Origin: an uncultured Dehalococcoidia bacterium
GTDB lineage: Bacteria > Chloroflexota > Dehalococcoidia > Lucifugimonadales > GCA-2712585
NCBI GenBank assembly: GCA_964418665.1
Contig: CAYQLZ010000002.1
Location: forward strand, 33,615 to 97,614
DNA length: 64,000 nt
Reading direction: 5' to 3'
The translations under genes and the position numbers were made by a program. How positions within the stretch are numbered: position 1 is the stretch's first letter; every line of letters starts with the position of its first letter. This document shows, in pieces, positions 1-9,468 of the stretch. The notes under the pieces are model-generated. The model saw nothing but the letters and a program-made list of their open reading frames with translations, was not told the origin of the DNA and ran no database searches.

Positions 1-1
1 G

Positions 2-394
2 GCGGCCTTCGGTCTGACCGAGACGCTGCGTGGCTTCCCCGGCGGCCCGGCGTGGGCGAAGGTGCAGAATTTCATGCCCGCCAAGTTGACAACGGAGATG
101 CTGCTGACGGGGCAGCCGCAGACGGCGGAGATGCTTCTACGCCACGGCATGATCAACCGGGTGACGCCGAAGGGGGAGCACGTGGAGGGGGCGTTGTTGT
201 TGGCGGAGGAGATACTGAAGGCGCCGCCGCTGGCCGTTCGCGCCGGGGTGCGGGTGACGCGCTGGCCGTGGGTACGGGCAGCTGCCGAGGCCGACTACTA
301 CCAGGCGGCGCTACGGCTGCACAACAGCGCGGACTTCGAGGAGTCGGCGAGAGCTTTCGTCGAGAAGCGGGAGCCCAAGTACATGGGGCATTAG
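2..394 (+). CDS. enoyl-CoA hydratase/isomerase (crotonase) family protein, C-terminal part; 5' end lies outside the window
   Basis: The frame is open from the window edge to TAG 392-394. AAFGLTETLRGFPGG...EMLLTGQP...FEESARAFVEKREPKY resembles crotonase-fold C-termini. Confidence 0.7.
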   Translation, partial: AAFGLTETLRGFPGGPAWAKVQNFMPAKLTTEMLLTGQPQTAEMLLRHGMINRVTPKGEHVEGALLLAEEILKAPPLAVRAGVRVTRWPWVRAAAEADYYQAALRLHNSADFEESARAFVEKREPKYMGH

Positions 395-436
395 CGCACC
401 GGGCTTGGGGAGATCATGGAGAACCATTAGCGGAAG

Positions 437-1423
437 ATGCCAGCCAATCTAACCCCCCAGTACAAGGAAGCGGAACAGCGTTACCGACAGGCGAGGACGC
501 TGCCGGCGAAGGTCGCGGCGCTGCAGGAGATGATGGCCGTCATCCCGAAGCACAAGGGGACGGACCATCTGAGGGCGGACCTTCGGGCGCGGATGTCTCG
601 GCACATGGAGGAGTTGGAGAAGCCCAAGAGCACCAGCGGCGGGCCACAGCCCTTCAGCATTCGCAAGGAGGGCGCGGGGCAGGTGCTGATAGTCGGCCTG
701 CCCAACGCGGGAAAGTCGGAGGTGTTGAACGCGCTGACCCGCGCGCCCGCCAAGGTGGGGGACTACCCCTTTACGACGCAGATCCCGATGGTTGGGATGC
801 TGCCATACGAAAACATCAAGTTTCAGTTGGTGGACACCCCGGCCCTCAACGCCCTGGACGTACAGACGCGTTTGTTCGGCCTGCTGCGGAACACGGACTT
901 GCTGCTGGTGACGGTGAACCTGGAGTCGGACCCGCTGGAGGAGATGGAGCAGATCAACGCCCTTCTCCACGAGTGGGGTTACTCCCTGCTGGAAGCGGGG
1001 GAGGCCATCGACCTGGAAGGTTCCCGGATTCAGAAGCTGTCCATCATTCTGGCCAACAAGGTCGACGCTGAGGACGGGGAGGAGAAGTTCGCGGCGCTGG
1101 AGAGGGCTTACGGAGAGAAATTCACCATCATCAAGCTTTCGTGCCTGGATGGGACGGGATTGGACGACGTTGGCCAGCAGGTATTCAGGAGCCTGGAGAA
1201 GGTGCGGGTGTACACGAAGAGTCCCAGCGGGGAGCCGGACTTTGAAAAGCCCATTGTCATAGCCAGGGGGAGCACGGCGTCGGACGCGGCCCAGAGGCTG
1301 CATAAGGAGTGGCGGGAGAAGCTGAAATACGCGCTGCTATGGGGCTCGGCTAAGTTTGACGGTCAGAGGGTGGGCCGGGACTACGTGCTGGCCGACGGGG
1401 ACGTGATAGAGCTGCACGGCTAA
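437..1423 (+). CDS. Obg/DRG-type GTP-binding protein with C-terminal TGS domain
   Basis: 328 aa. G1 GLPNAGKS, G3 DTPA, G4 NKVD. The C-terminal VYTK...GRDYVLADGDVIEL segment is TGS-like. Confidence 0.8.
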   Translation: MPANLTPQYKEAEQRYRQARTLPAKVAALQEMMAVIPKHKGTDHLRADLRARMSRHMEELEKPKSTSGGPQPFSIRKEGAGQVLIVGLPNAGKSEVLNALTRAPAKVGDYPFTTQIPMVGMLPYENIKFQLVDTPALNALDVQTRLFGLLRNTDLLLVTVNLESDPLEEMEQINALLHEWGYSLLEAGEAIDLEGSRIQKLSIILANKVDAEDGEEKFAALERAYGEKFTIIKLSCLDGTGLDDVGQQVFRSLEKVRVYTKSPSGEPDFEKPIVIARGSTASDAAQRLHKEWREKLKYALLWGSAKFDGQRVGRDYVLADGDVIELHG

Positions 1424-1427
1424 GGGG

Positions 1428-2258
1428 CTACCGCGCTCCGCCGGGCCGGATTTCGCGCAGATGGACGGGAGCGCCGGTTTCGATTTCGCAGGTGGCAGCG
1501 GCGCCCTCGTTGACCTCGATGGCGTAGCGGGCCGGCGCAGCGGAGGTGTGGACGGGCAGGGAGTCGCCTGTGGCCTCGTGCTCCGGTCGCATGGTCTGGA
1601 CGTCGACGACGGCGAGGTTCTCGTCGACGAAGATTATGTCCAGGGGGATGAGGGTGTTCTTCATCCAGAAGCTGAGGACCTGGGCTTTCTCGAAAACGAA
1701 GAGCATGCCGCGGTCCTGTCCCAGGGATTCGCGCCCCATGAGTCCTCGCGCCCGTTCCTGGGAAGTGTCCGCGACTTCCAGGTAGAAGGTGCAGCCGGCG
1801 ATGGCGGCCGATGCTTCTATCTCCGGTCCCAGGGTGGGTGTGGGAGTGGGGGTTGGCGTAGACGTAGGCGTTGGGGTTGAGGTGGGGGTTGAAACCGGGG
1901 TGGGCGTGGGTGTTGGGGTGGGTGTGGGTCTTGGTGTAGGTGACGCCGTTGGGGTTGGAGGGGTTGATGTGGTGGTGGCAGTGGGGACGGGTGTGGCGCG
2001 AGAGGGCGCCGTTGGCGGGGGCGTTGTGACGGTGGTGGTTGGTGGTGACGTGGGTGTGCGGGCAGGTGTTGGTGACGGGGTGGTGGTTGAGGGGGGAATG
2101 GTGGGGGTGATGGAGGGCGCGGCGGTAGGGGTGGTCGAGTCTGGAGTCGACGTCGCAACATCGTCGGCGGCGCAGGCGACTAGGAGGAGGAGGAGCGCAG
2201 TGAGGGAGGCGAGGGCGATGCGGAGGAGGGTGTGGGATTGGGGCGCGGCTATGGTCAA
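1428..2258 (-). CDS. DUF192-domain lipoprotein with long Pro/Thr-rich linker
   Basis: Signal peptide ends in LLLVAC (lipobox-like), followed by an approximately 105 aa P/T/S linker. The C-terminal GLMGRESL...GMLFVF...FWMKNTLIPLDIIFVD is typical of DUF192. Confidence 0.7.
   Translation of the reverse strand: MTIAAPQSHTLLRIALASLTALLLLLVACAADDVATSTPDSTTPTAAPSITPTIPPSTTTPSPTPARTPTSPPTTTVTTPPPTAPSRATPVPTATTTSTPPTPTASPTPRPTPTPTPTPTPVSTPTSTPTPTSTPTPTPTPTLGPEIEASAAIAGCTFYLEVADTSQERARGLMGRESLGQDRGMLFVFEKAQVLSFWMKNTLIPLDIIFVDENLAVVDVQTMRPEHEATGDSLPVHTSAAPARYAIEVNEGAAATCEIETGAPVHLREIRPGGAR
1833..2153 (-). repeat. low-complexity Pro/Thr-coding tract (imperfect PT/PTPT short tandem repeats) inside the DUF192 gene
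   Basis: Translation reads TPTPTPTPTPVSTPTSTPTPTSTPTPTPTPT. The nucleotide sequence shows ggtgtgggt/ggtgttggg periodicity. Confidence 0.8.
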
Positions 2259-2368
2259 TCACCTATCGTCGGCAAGTTGAGGTTAGATTTCGGTCGAGTA
2301 GAGCATAACTTGTACCACCAACGGGCAGTTTAGACAACGTGGTTTTCGGCCCGGTAGGACTGTTAGCC

Positions 2369-3766
2369 TTAGACGATTGCAAACTGGCGGGGGCGGGCGT
2401 GGCCTCGGGCGACGCGGGGAAGGTATTTGCCCGCTTCCACCAGCAGGGCCAGGCTGTTCAGGTAGTCGTCGTGGCCCTGGGACTCGTCCACGTAGAAGTT
2501 CATCGTTTTGTCCATCCGGTACTGGACCCGCGCTGAGGCGACCTGGCGCCAGAATTCGGCCCACTCGTCTGAGCCGTCGCGGGCGTACATCTTCAGCCGA
2601 CCGGAATTCACCGCCGACATGAGATCGTAGCCGAGGCGGGACTTGCTCTGGGCGCTGTATCGTAGGGACGTGACGGCGCCGGAGCCGAGGGACTTCTCCA
2701 ACACGCTCGCGATGCCTTCGCCCATGCCTGTTGCGTCGACGGCCACGCGGCGGCAGCGCCACACGTTTTTGAGCAGGTCCACCAGCCGGGGATAAAGGGT
2801 GTGGTGGGGGATGCCCTGCCACTCGCGGTGCTCCACCACCCGGATGGCCGGGTCCCGGCTGAAGGAATCGACGGTTGAGAAGTCGAGCTCGCCGATGGTG
2901 AGAACGGTGGAGTCGGGACGCCGTCCAGCGGAAGCGGTTGCGTCAGCATCGTTGAGTCCGCCGCCCACGTCCAGGCCGGCCACGTAGATGCGGTTTCTGG
3001 AGGGCGAGTGGAGGCGGGGGTGTCGACCCTGAAGCTGGCCGGTGTCTCCGGCGGAGAAGAGGCCGCCCCGGCCTGAGACGGGCAGCAACAGGTACTGGGT
3101 GCGGAACAGGGGGTGGTTCTCACCCATTCGACGGCGCTCCGCCTCCACGTAGCTGCGGTAGCGCGGGCTGTGCTGCGCCACCTGTTCCCAGGGAACGGAA
3201 AAGTGTCTCTTGATGCCGTCCTTTCGCTCCAACTCGCGGTTGGATTCGGCCTGTTCCTCCAGCAGGGAGCGGCCATCCCAGGGGGTGCCCCATAGGACCG
3301 TTGTGACGTTGGTGGAGGCGCCCATGGGGCGGAATTCCTTGTGGTACTTGTCCGCAGCGATGTCCTGAGCCTCGTCCATTTCGAGCAGGATGTGGGCGGT
3401 GTTGCCCACCACGTTGGCGTCGGGTTCGGCGCTGAGGAAGAGCTGGCGGGCGTTCCCGAGGGCGATAGCGTTACCCGTTTCCGTGTGCCAATGGCCGGCG
3501 TAGCCGGCGTCGTTCAGCCGTTGCTTGAGCCGGTGCATGCTGATGTGGGCCTGGGGGAGAAAGGTGGGCGCGGCCTTGATCATGTTGCCGCCGTCGAGCA
3601 TATTCATGGTCAGGAGCAGGGTGGCCAGCTGGGCGGAGAGCTCGTTCTTGCCACCCTGCCGGGCGATTTCTACGGTGAATGTGAGGCCCTTTCCGTGCCT
3701 CACGCTCAGCATGACGGCGTGGCCTATCTCCATTTGGTACTTTCTCAGCGGGTACCTGGCGGACAT
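2369..3766 (-). CDS. phage terminase large subunit-like protein (ATPase plus RNaseH-like nuclease)
   Basis: 465 aa. P-loop-like ARQGGKNE, Walker B ILLEMDEAQ, nuclease-type acidic motifs VAGLDVGGG and GHDDYLNSL. The overall layout matches the TerL family. Confidence 0.7.
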   Translation of the reverse strand: MSARYPLRKYQMEIGHAVMLSVRHGKGLTFTVEIARQGGKNELSAQLATLLLTMNMLDGGNMIKAAPTFLPQAHISMHRLKQRLNDAGYAGHWHTETGNAIALGNARQLFLSAEPDANVVGNTAHILLEMDEAQDIAADKYHKEFRPMGASTNVTTVLWGTPWDGRSLLEEQAESNRELERKDGIKRHFSVPWEQVAQHSPRYRSYVEAERRRMGENHPLFRTQYLLLPVSGRGGLFSAGDTGQLQGRHPRLHSPSRNRIYVAGLDVGGGLNDADATASAGRRPDSTVLTIGELDFSTVDSFSRDPAIRVVEHREWQGIPHHTLYPRLVDLLKNVWRCRRVAVDATGMGEGIASVLEKSLGSGAVTSLRYSAQSKSRLGYDLMSAVNSGRLKMYARDGSDEWAEFWRQVASARVQYRMDKTMNFYVDESQGHDDYLNSLALLVEAGKYLPRVARGHARPRQFAIV

Positions 3767-3778
3767 TGTCGCCTCCTT

Positions 3779-4000
3779 TCAGGTGACGGCACGCATTACC
3801 ACGTCGGTAATGACGGCGGCCAGAATTATCAGCATTAGGGCGTTGACGCGCCCCTTCACTTCGTCCATCTGCTTCTCCAGTAGCTGCATGCGAAGTTCCA
3901 GCAGGGCCTCCGGGGGGAGATTGCCCGGCATGGGCTGAGGGCGTCTACCCAACCTGGCGGAGAGCTTTCGCAGGGCGTTGCCTATGCTGTTTCGACTCAC
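3779..4000 (-). CDS. small tail-anchored membrane protein (coiled segment plus C-terminal TM helix)
   Basis: 73 aa. The GTG start overlaps the upstream stop (GTGA). LELRMQLLEKQMDEVKGRVNALMLIILAAVITDVV. Ends 12 nt upstream of the terminase start. Confidence 0.45.
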   Translation of the reverse strand: MSRNSIGNALRKLSARLGRRPQPMPGNLPPEALLELRMQLLEKQMDEVKGRVNALMLIILAAVITDVVMRAVT

Positions 4001-4317
4001 GGCTCGTCCTCCGGAAAGAGCTCCCTGCCGATGCCATTGATGACCCCAGCGATGCTTTCGGTCAGGTCGTCGGTGGACCTGGGGGAGAGCTTGTAGCGGG
4101 TTGTCACTGCCCTGGTGAGTGTGTTCATACTCTTGAATAGGAGGTCTATCTTTTCCGGGTTTTTCATCATCTGGTCACGCAGTCTGAGGCGGAGAACGGC
4201 AAGTTCTTCGTCTATGCCCTCCATGCCTCGAGCCGCTTCCAACCGGGCGCGTTCGGCCTCGGAGAAGACGTTGGCGTAGAACTCCTCGGGGGTTATTTTT
4301 GTGGACTTGCTACTCAT
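3997..4317 (-). CDS. hypothetical helical protein; position is compatible with a small-terminase-like partner, but this is unproven
   Basis: 106 aa, charged and helical (EELAVLRLRLRDQMMKNPEKIDLLFKSMNTL). Translationally coupled to both neighbouring genes. Confidence 0.5.
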   Translation of the reverse strand: MSSKSTKITPEEFYANVFSEAERARLEAARGMEGIDEELAVLRLRLRDQMMKNPEKIDLLFKSMNTLTRAVTTRYKLSPRSTDDLTESIAGVINGIGRELFPEDEP

Positions 4318-4456
4318 CCAGACCGTCCTCCAAGACCTCCATGAGTTCCGTGAGGGCGTCTTCCGGCACGACGAGGGATGACCTGAGCATGCCCAGGAGC
4401 AGGCACAGGGACATCAACTCCCATTCTTCTTCGGCAATAATACGGTCCAGGGTCAT
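4310..4456 (-). CDS. 48-aa acidic small protein; below the ORF-track size cut-off
   Basis: ATG 4454-4456 preceded by GGAG. Translation MTLDRIIAEEEWELMSLCLLLGMLRSSLVVPEDALTELMEVLEDGLDE. Its TAG overlaps the next gene's start (ATGAGTAG). Confidence 0.35.
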   Translation of the reverse strand: MTLDRIIAEEEWELMSLCLLLGMLRSSLVVPEDALTELMEVLEDGLDE

Positions 4457-4460
4457 TACG

Positions 4461-4823
4461 TTATCTCCTCCGTCTCCAACGGCGCAGAATGAAACTCAGC
4501 ACCAGGACGGAAGCGAGCATGGGGAGGGCACCCACGATGAAGCGGAGCCTGGGCGTGGCCAGGAATGCGGCGTCGAGGCCCGCGAGCCAGGGCAGGAGTC
4601 CGAGATTCAGGCTCTGGACCAGGAAGGCGAGGCTGACGACGAGGAGCGTAAAGGCGCCCCAGCGTCGCCGGCGATGATTGCCGGGGTATGCGAGGAAGTG
4701 CAGGCCGTTGACGCCGCTGGCGAGGGCGGTCACGCAGCTCTGAAAGACCAGGGCCAACTCCCATCCGAAGCTCAAGGAATGCCTCCATCCGTCGTCACCT
4801 GATAGCTGAGATGTTCTAAGCAT
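4461..4823 (-). CDS. small multi-pass membrane protein with poly-Arg C-terminus (holin-like features)
   Basis: 120 aa, about 3 hydrophobic helices, C-terminal RRWRRRR. First gene of the terminase cassette. Confidence 0.5.
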   Translation of the reverse strand: MLRTSQLSGDDGWRHSLSFGWELALVFQSCVTALASGVNGLHFLAYPGNHRRRRWGAFTLLVVSLAFLVQSLNLGLLPWLAGLDAAFLATPRLRFIVGALPMLASVLVLSFILRRWRRRR

Positions 4824-4991
4824 AGAACAGACGTACCTTCAAGTCAAGGATGGGGTGGCACATATGATACGTTTGGGGGGTGGGAAACAGTTTTGTGGGG
4901 GGGCGGGAGATAATGAAGTTTTGCGCACCAGGGGAATGCTATGGTCGTTAATGATGTCTGATACAATTGCAGGCCGCATCGAGGGAAATCC

Positions 4992-7505
4992 ATGCAACTA
5001 TCAAAGATATTACTCGTCGGTTGTTTCCTGTTCACAGCTCTTTTGGCCTTTTCTTGCAGGGGTACAAGCACCCCCGCCCCGGCGCCAACGACCATTCCCA
5101 CTCCTAGTCCCACGGCTATGCCGACTCCCATTCCCGTCTCCTCACCTCCTCCCTTGGGCACAACGGTGGACCGTCCCTACGAAGCAGGCGATGTTCTTGT
5201 TGGCTCCAACGGGCTTCAGGTGCAGGTGGCAGGAGTCATGCAAGACGCCCAGGAGTTTCTCATTCAGAATTTCCCGGACAATTCCCCGGCGCCGCCCGGC
5301 TATCGGTATTACATGGTCGCTCTACGCATCTTCAACCTCACCGCCGCCGCGAGTGTCAGCGTCAGCCACACTCATTTTCACCTGGTGGGAAGCAGCCGCA
5401 GCGACTACAGTCCGGTGATCCACTCGTGCGGGTCCATACCCGACCCGCTGGAGGGGGAGATTCCGAAGGGCGGCCAGATAGAGGGCAAGGTGTGCTTCCA
5501 GGTGCCCATCGACGAGGACGAACTTGTCCTGGTCTACGCTGCCCCTGGCTCAACCCCCGAGGAGCGGCGCTATCTGAGCCTGGACTATCCCGGCGTCACC
5601 GAGCCGCCCATCGTCGTTGCTGCCGTACCCACGCCAACTCCCACGGCCGAACCCACGCCTATTCCGACGCCAACGGCAACGCCTGCGCCCGTTGCCATGC
5701 CTACGTCGACACCTACGCCAATACCAACGCCGGTTCCAACGCCTGAACCTACTCCTGTTCCTACACCGGAGCCAACCCCTGAGCCTACCCCGGAGCCGAC
5801 GCCGGAGCCTACTCTGGAACCGACGCCCGAACCCACGCCTGAACCGACGCCGGAACCCACACCGGAGCCGACGCCGACCATCACTGCAATGATTGAGAAT
5901 GTGCGTCCCTCCGTTGTCAGGATTCGCACGGACCAGGGATCCGGTTCCGGCGTGGTCTTCGAGGTCGACGGTCTCAACGGTCTTGTGCTTACGAACCAGC
6001 ACGTCATCGAGGACGCAAGGAGCGTCCAGGTGGAGGTGGATGACTCGTCAACGTTCAATGCTGTGGTTCTGGGCACGGATTCCGTGCGGGACCTGGCGGT
6101 TCTGCGGATCTGCTGTGGGACCTTCCGCGCCCTGGGGTTCGGGAACATATCCGAACTGAAACCGGGCGACGAGGTGTTCGCCATGGGCTATCCCCTGGGG
6201 CTTCCCGGGGAGGCCACGGTGACCAGGGGCATAGTTTCGGCCATCCGCAGCGACGAAAGCAATCGGAGGCTGGTGATTCAAACGGATGCGGCTATCAATC
6301 CAGGCAACAGCGGAGGCCCCATGCTTTCCGAGACGGGAGAGATTCTGGGGATCAACACTTTTCGGCGGGAAGAGACGGAAAGCGGCCGGCCGGTGGACAA
6401 CGTGGGGTTCGCAATTGCGGTTCCCACCATCCAGGAACAGTTGCCCACCCTCAAGACCGCCGCGCCTTCACCAACGCCAACTGCTACGCCGACGTCGACG
6501 CCGCGACCAACGCCTACGCCCAGCGGCAATTATGCCTTCGGCCCGCTTGGTGGTGTTATAGAGCATCAACCCGACGATGGCAGAATCGAGGTCAATTGGG
6601 CACGGGTTAGGGTTGACGATATGATGGTGGAAGCTACCTTCACTAACCCCTACGCCGCCTCTGAACACAACTGGGACTACGGCTTCTTCCTAAGATATGA
6701 CCGAGAGCAAGATGATCCCTCGTTCCTGCAGGTGGTTGTCGATAGCCGAGGTCGGTGGGCCGTTCAGTCCGGTAGTGATGCTCCGTACACCCAAGTTGCT
6801 GCAGGAAGTGTTTCCAACTTGAAACTACAGGCTGGACAGAAAAACCATGTCATGGTGGTGGCACTTGAAGACCGGGGATGGCTCTTTGTCAATCGAGTCT
6901 TCAATGCCTCTTTTGACCTGAGCGACGTTACGGTCAGCGGCGATGTGGCCATCATAACCGGGGCTTATGCTGGCAGCGAAAGGGCCGGTGCTTCGACGGA
7001 ATACGAAAACTTCCGGGGATATGACCTACGGCGTCGGTATGGGCCAGCAAGCGGAACCATTGAGCACGCAGACGAGATTATTGGAGGGCACAGCAGCGGT
7101 GTAAATTCGCGTGACTTTATTGCGGAAGCCGAATTCATGAATCCATCGGTCGGCAATTGGGACTACGGGTTCGTGTTTCGCAATCCCCAATATGCCCATC
7201 TTGATGTAATCTCAACTCACGAAAATGGAAATTGGTACCATCACACTAGTAGTGCTGATGACAATGAATACACAGAATTGGGTTCAGGGAGGTTGTCGAA
7301 CTGGAGGCAAGGTCCGCTGGCTCGGAACCATCTGCTCTTAGTTGCAATGGGGGATTCTGGCTGGTTCTTCGTCAACGGCCACCTTGAAGCGACCCTAATA
7401 CTCGATTTCAACCTGGAATCCGGCTACATCTCCGCTATGGCTGGGTTCTATAACAACAGCGATCAGGATGTAGAGTTTGGAGACTTCACCGTGTGGGCGC
7501 CGTAG
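4992..7505 (+). CDS. secreted multidomain trypsin-like (S1C/HtrA-type) serine protease
   Basis: 837 aa with a signal/lipobox-like N-terminus (LLAFSC) and a DUF4352-like N-domain. After a PEPT linker comes the protease core (LTNQHV...DLAVLRI...[13 protein letters not shown]), then a second PT linker and two related C-terminal modules. Confidence 0.85.
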   Translation: MQLSKILLVGCFLFTALLAFSCRGTSTPAPAPTTIPTPSPTAMPTPIPVSSPPPLGTTVDRPYEAGDVLVGSNGLQVQVAGVMQDAQEFLIQNFPDNSPAPPGYRYYMVALRIFNLTAAASVSVSHTHFHLVGSSRSDYSPVIHSCGSIPDPLEGEIPKGGQIEGKVCFQVPIDEDELVLVYAAPGSTPEERRYLSLDYPGVTEPPIVVAAVPTPTPTAEPTPIPTPTATPAPVAMPTSTPTPIPTPVPTPEPTPVPTPEPTPEPTPEPTPEPTLEPTPEPTPEPTPEPTPEPTPTITAMIENVRPSVVRIRTDQGSGSGVVFEVDGLNGLVLTNQHVIEDARSVQVEVDDSSTFNAVVLGTDSVRDLAVLRICCGTFRALGFGNISELKPGDEVFAMGYPLGLPGEATVTRGIVSAIRSDESNRRLVIQTDAAINPGNSGGPMLSETGEILGINTFRREETESGRPVDNVGFAIAVPTIQEQLPTLKTAAPSPTPTATPTSTPRPTPTPSGNYAFGPLGGVIEHQPDDGRIEVNWARVRVDDMMVEATFTNPYAASEHNWDYGFFLRYDREQDDPSFLQVVVDSRGRWAVQSGSDAPYTQVAAGSVSNLKLQAGQKNHVMVVALEDRGWLFVNRVFNASFDLSDVTVSGDVAIITGAYAGSERAGASTEYENFRGYDLRRRYGPASGTIEHADEIIGGHSSGVNSRDFIAEAEFMNPSVGNWDYGFVFRNPQYAHLDVISTHENGNWYHHTSSADDNEYTELGSGRLSNWRQGPLARNHLLLVAMGDSGWFFVNGHLEATLILDFNLESGYISAMAGFYNNSDQDVEFGDFTVWAP
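5617..5880 (+). repeat. Pro/Thr/Glu-coding tandem repeat (PTPEPT units, 6-12 nt periodicity) forming an interdomain linker
   Basis: Translation [47 protein letters not shown]. The unit ccggagccgacg is reiterated. Confidence 0.85.
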
Positions 7506-7564
7506 AAAAACGGGCGGGTTTCAATCACGCGCCTACGTGATTACGATGGGGGAGAGGGGGTTGG

Positions 7565-8155
7565 TTATAGGGTGAAGGTGAGGCCCTGGGAGAGGAGTTC
7601 GTTGCGGGCCTCGATGGCGGAGGGATGGACCATCTGGCCACGCTTCAGCATGGCGCTGATCTCACGGCTGAGGAATTCCAGCACGGCTGCGTCCAGGTTT
7701 TTCAGGGCGCGGTTCTTCAGGGCTTCTGACGAGTAGGCGTATCTTCCTGCCTTGTTCGGCTCCAGCTTGTCGGCGAGGAACACGGCCTTGGCTATGGGAT
7801 GAAGGCCCGGATATGCCGTGCTGTGATGGTATACGCCGTCGTAAACTGCCTGGTCGTCGAGCCCCTTGTGCCGGAGCATCTCCGCCGCTACCTGCCCGTG
7901 GAGGAGGATGGGGTTGTGCTCCTCCACCACGTGGATGGGAATGCCGAATTCCTTCGCCCTGGCGAGCAGCTCCTCGCCGCGCATCCAACGGCAAAGGTCG
8001 TGGGCCTGGGCGCAGAGCCGTACCCGCTCCGCCTCCAGCCGGTGTGCGGTGGCGAACTCCTCGGCCAGGGCTTCGACCCTCCCGATGTGGCTGGCGAGGC
8101 CCCTCGGAAGGGTCTCCACCCACTCCTCGACAATCCGGTGTATAGCGTCGCTCAT
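7565..8155 (-). CDS. HD-domain phosphohydrolase (YqeK-like)
   Basis: Start taken at internal ATG 8153-8155 (MSDAIHRIV...). The longer ORF to 8383 would overlap the HIT gene. H...HD...H...D pattern: SHIGRV, AHDLCR, LLHG, FLADKLEP. Confidence 0.7.
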   Translation of the reverse strand: MSDAIHRIVEEWVETLPRGLASHIGRVEALAEEFATAHRLEAERVRLCAQAHDLCRWMRGEELLARAKEFGIPIHVVEEHNPILLHGQVAAEMLRHKGLDDQAVYDGVYHHSTAYPGLHPIAKAVFLADKLEPNKAGRYAYSSEALKNRALKNLDAAVLEFLSREISAMLKRGQMVHPSAIEARNELLSQGLTFTL

Positions 8156-8234
8156 TTTTCTTTCCCTGTGCAAACCCGAATTCCGTCGGCGCCTGTACGC
8201 ACGAGCCAAGTTTCTGGCTTCAACGGCGCAGCTT

Positions 8235-8582
8235 CTAGCCCATGGCGCCCATTGCCCTGCCGGCGAGCAGGTGCATGTGGACGTGCTCAATTTCCTGGCC
8301 GGAATCGGACCCCTGGTTGACGACGAGACGATAGCCGCTGACAGTGACGCCTTCGCGGCGGGCCATCTCCTCGGCGATGACAAACATCTGCCCCAGCACG
8401 GCGGAGGTGCGCCCTGCGGCGTAGGTGAGCCCCTTAACGTGCCGACGCGGGATTATGAGCAGGTGGGTCGGCGCCGTGGGGTTGATGTCCCGGATCACCA
8501 TCAGCTGATGGTCCAGGTAGAGAAAGTCCGTCTCCACTGTGCCCCTGGAGATTCCGCAGAATATGCAATCGCTGCCGCTCAT
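8235..8582 (-). CDS. HIT-family (histidine triad) nucleotide hydrolase
   Basis: 115 aa. CIFCGI N-terminus and histidine triad HVHMHLL. Confidence 0.85.
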   Translation of the reverse strand: MSGSDCIFCGISRGTVETDFLYLDHQLMVIRDINPTAPTHLLIIPRRHVKGLTYAAGRTSAVLGQMFVIAEEMARREGVTVSGYRLVVNQGSDSGQEIEHVHMHLLAGRAMGAMG

Positions 8583-8642
8583 GGGTCCTCCTACATTTGC
8601 CTATGATGGTGTGGTGGTTATCCTGATTTGGGGTCGGCCCGT

Positions 8643-9416
8643 CTACACCGCCATGATGTGATATCCGGCGTCGACGGGGATGACGGCGCCGGTGACGCCG
8701 CTGGAGAGATCGCTGCAGAGGTAGAGGGCGGTGTCGCCCACTTCGCGGTGGGTGATGTTGCGTTGGAGGGGGGCCTTCTCCGCGTGCATGCGACGCATGT
8801 CGCGAAAGCCGGTGATTCCGCGTCCGGCCAGGGTTTCCAGCGGGCCGGCGTAGATGGCGTTGACGCGGATGTTGCGTGGACCGTACTCGGCGGCCAGCTG
8901 GCGGACTTCGTTTTCGAGGGCCGCCTTGGCGATGCCCATAACGTTGTAGCCGGGGTACACCCGCTCCGAGGCGTTGAAGGTCATGGTGACGACGCTGCCG
9001 CCGTCGGACATGAGCTCCGAGGCGTGCCGGACCAGGGGGATCAGGGAATAGGCGCTGATTTCCAGGGCGTCGCGAAACCCCTCGCGGGTGAGGCCGGAGA
9101 AGTCGCCGCCCAGGTCGCCGCGGTGGGCGAAGGCGATGCTGTGGACCAGATAGTCGAGACTGCCGAATTCCGCTGCCGCCTGTTGAAACGCCGCTTGGAT
9201 CTCATCCTCCGAGGTGACGTCGCACTGCAGCAGGAGGGTGTCATCCATGTCCTTGACGAGACGCTCGGCGCGGCTGCGCAGTCGCTCGTTCTGGTAGACG
9301 ACGCCGAGGCGGACGCCCGCGCGGTGGAGGGACTGGCAGATGGCCCAGGCGATGCTGCTCTGGTTGGCAACGCCGAAGACCAGCGCCTTCTTCTTCGACA
9401 GGTCTATGGAAAACAA
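8643..9416 (-). CDS. fabI: enoyl-[acyl-carrier-protein] reductase (NADH)
   Basis: 257 aa. GVANQSSIAW, YNVMGIAKAALE and AGP motifs are typical of FabI. Confidence 0.9.
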   Translation of the reverse strand: MFSIDLSKKKALVFGVANQSSIAWAICQSLHRAGVRLGVVYQNERLRSRAERLVKDMDDTLLLQCDVTSEDEIQAAFQQAAAEFGSLDYLVHSIAFAHRGDLGGDFSGLTREGFRDALEISAYSLIPLVRHASELMSDGGSVVTMTFNASERVYPGYNVMGIAKAALENEVRQLAAEYGPRNIRVNAIYAGPLETLAGRGITGFRDMRRMHAEKAPLQRNITHREVGDTALYLCSDLSSGVTGAVIPVDAGYHIMAV

Positions 9417-9468
9417 GGTGTGCTCCTTAGTATTGTGTTCCGTTTGCTCCTGCGGTTATTGACCGGCG

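Noticed and set aside
5617-5880. A highly periodic repeat that could be mistaken for a CRISPR array or minisatellite.
   Set aside because: The period is only 6-12 nt and there are no spacers. It lies in frame inside a long ORF, encoding a PEPT linker. The same applies to 1833-2153.
7565-8383. A long version (272 aa) of the HD-domain gene.
   Set aside because: The extra 76 N-terminal residues are low-complexity (Ser/Ala/Arg/Pro) and overlap the 3' end of the HIT gene. The conserved sequence starts at ATG 8153-8155.
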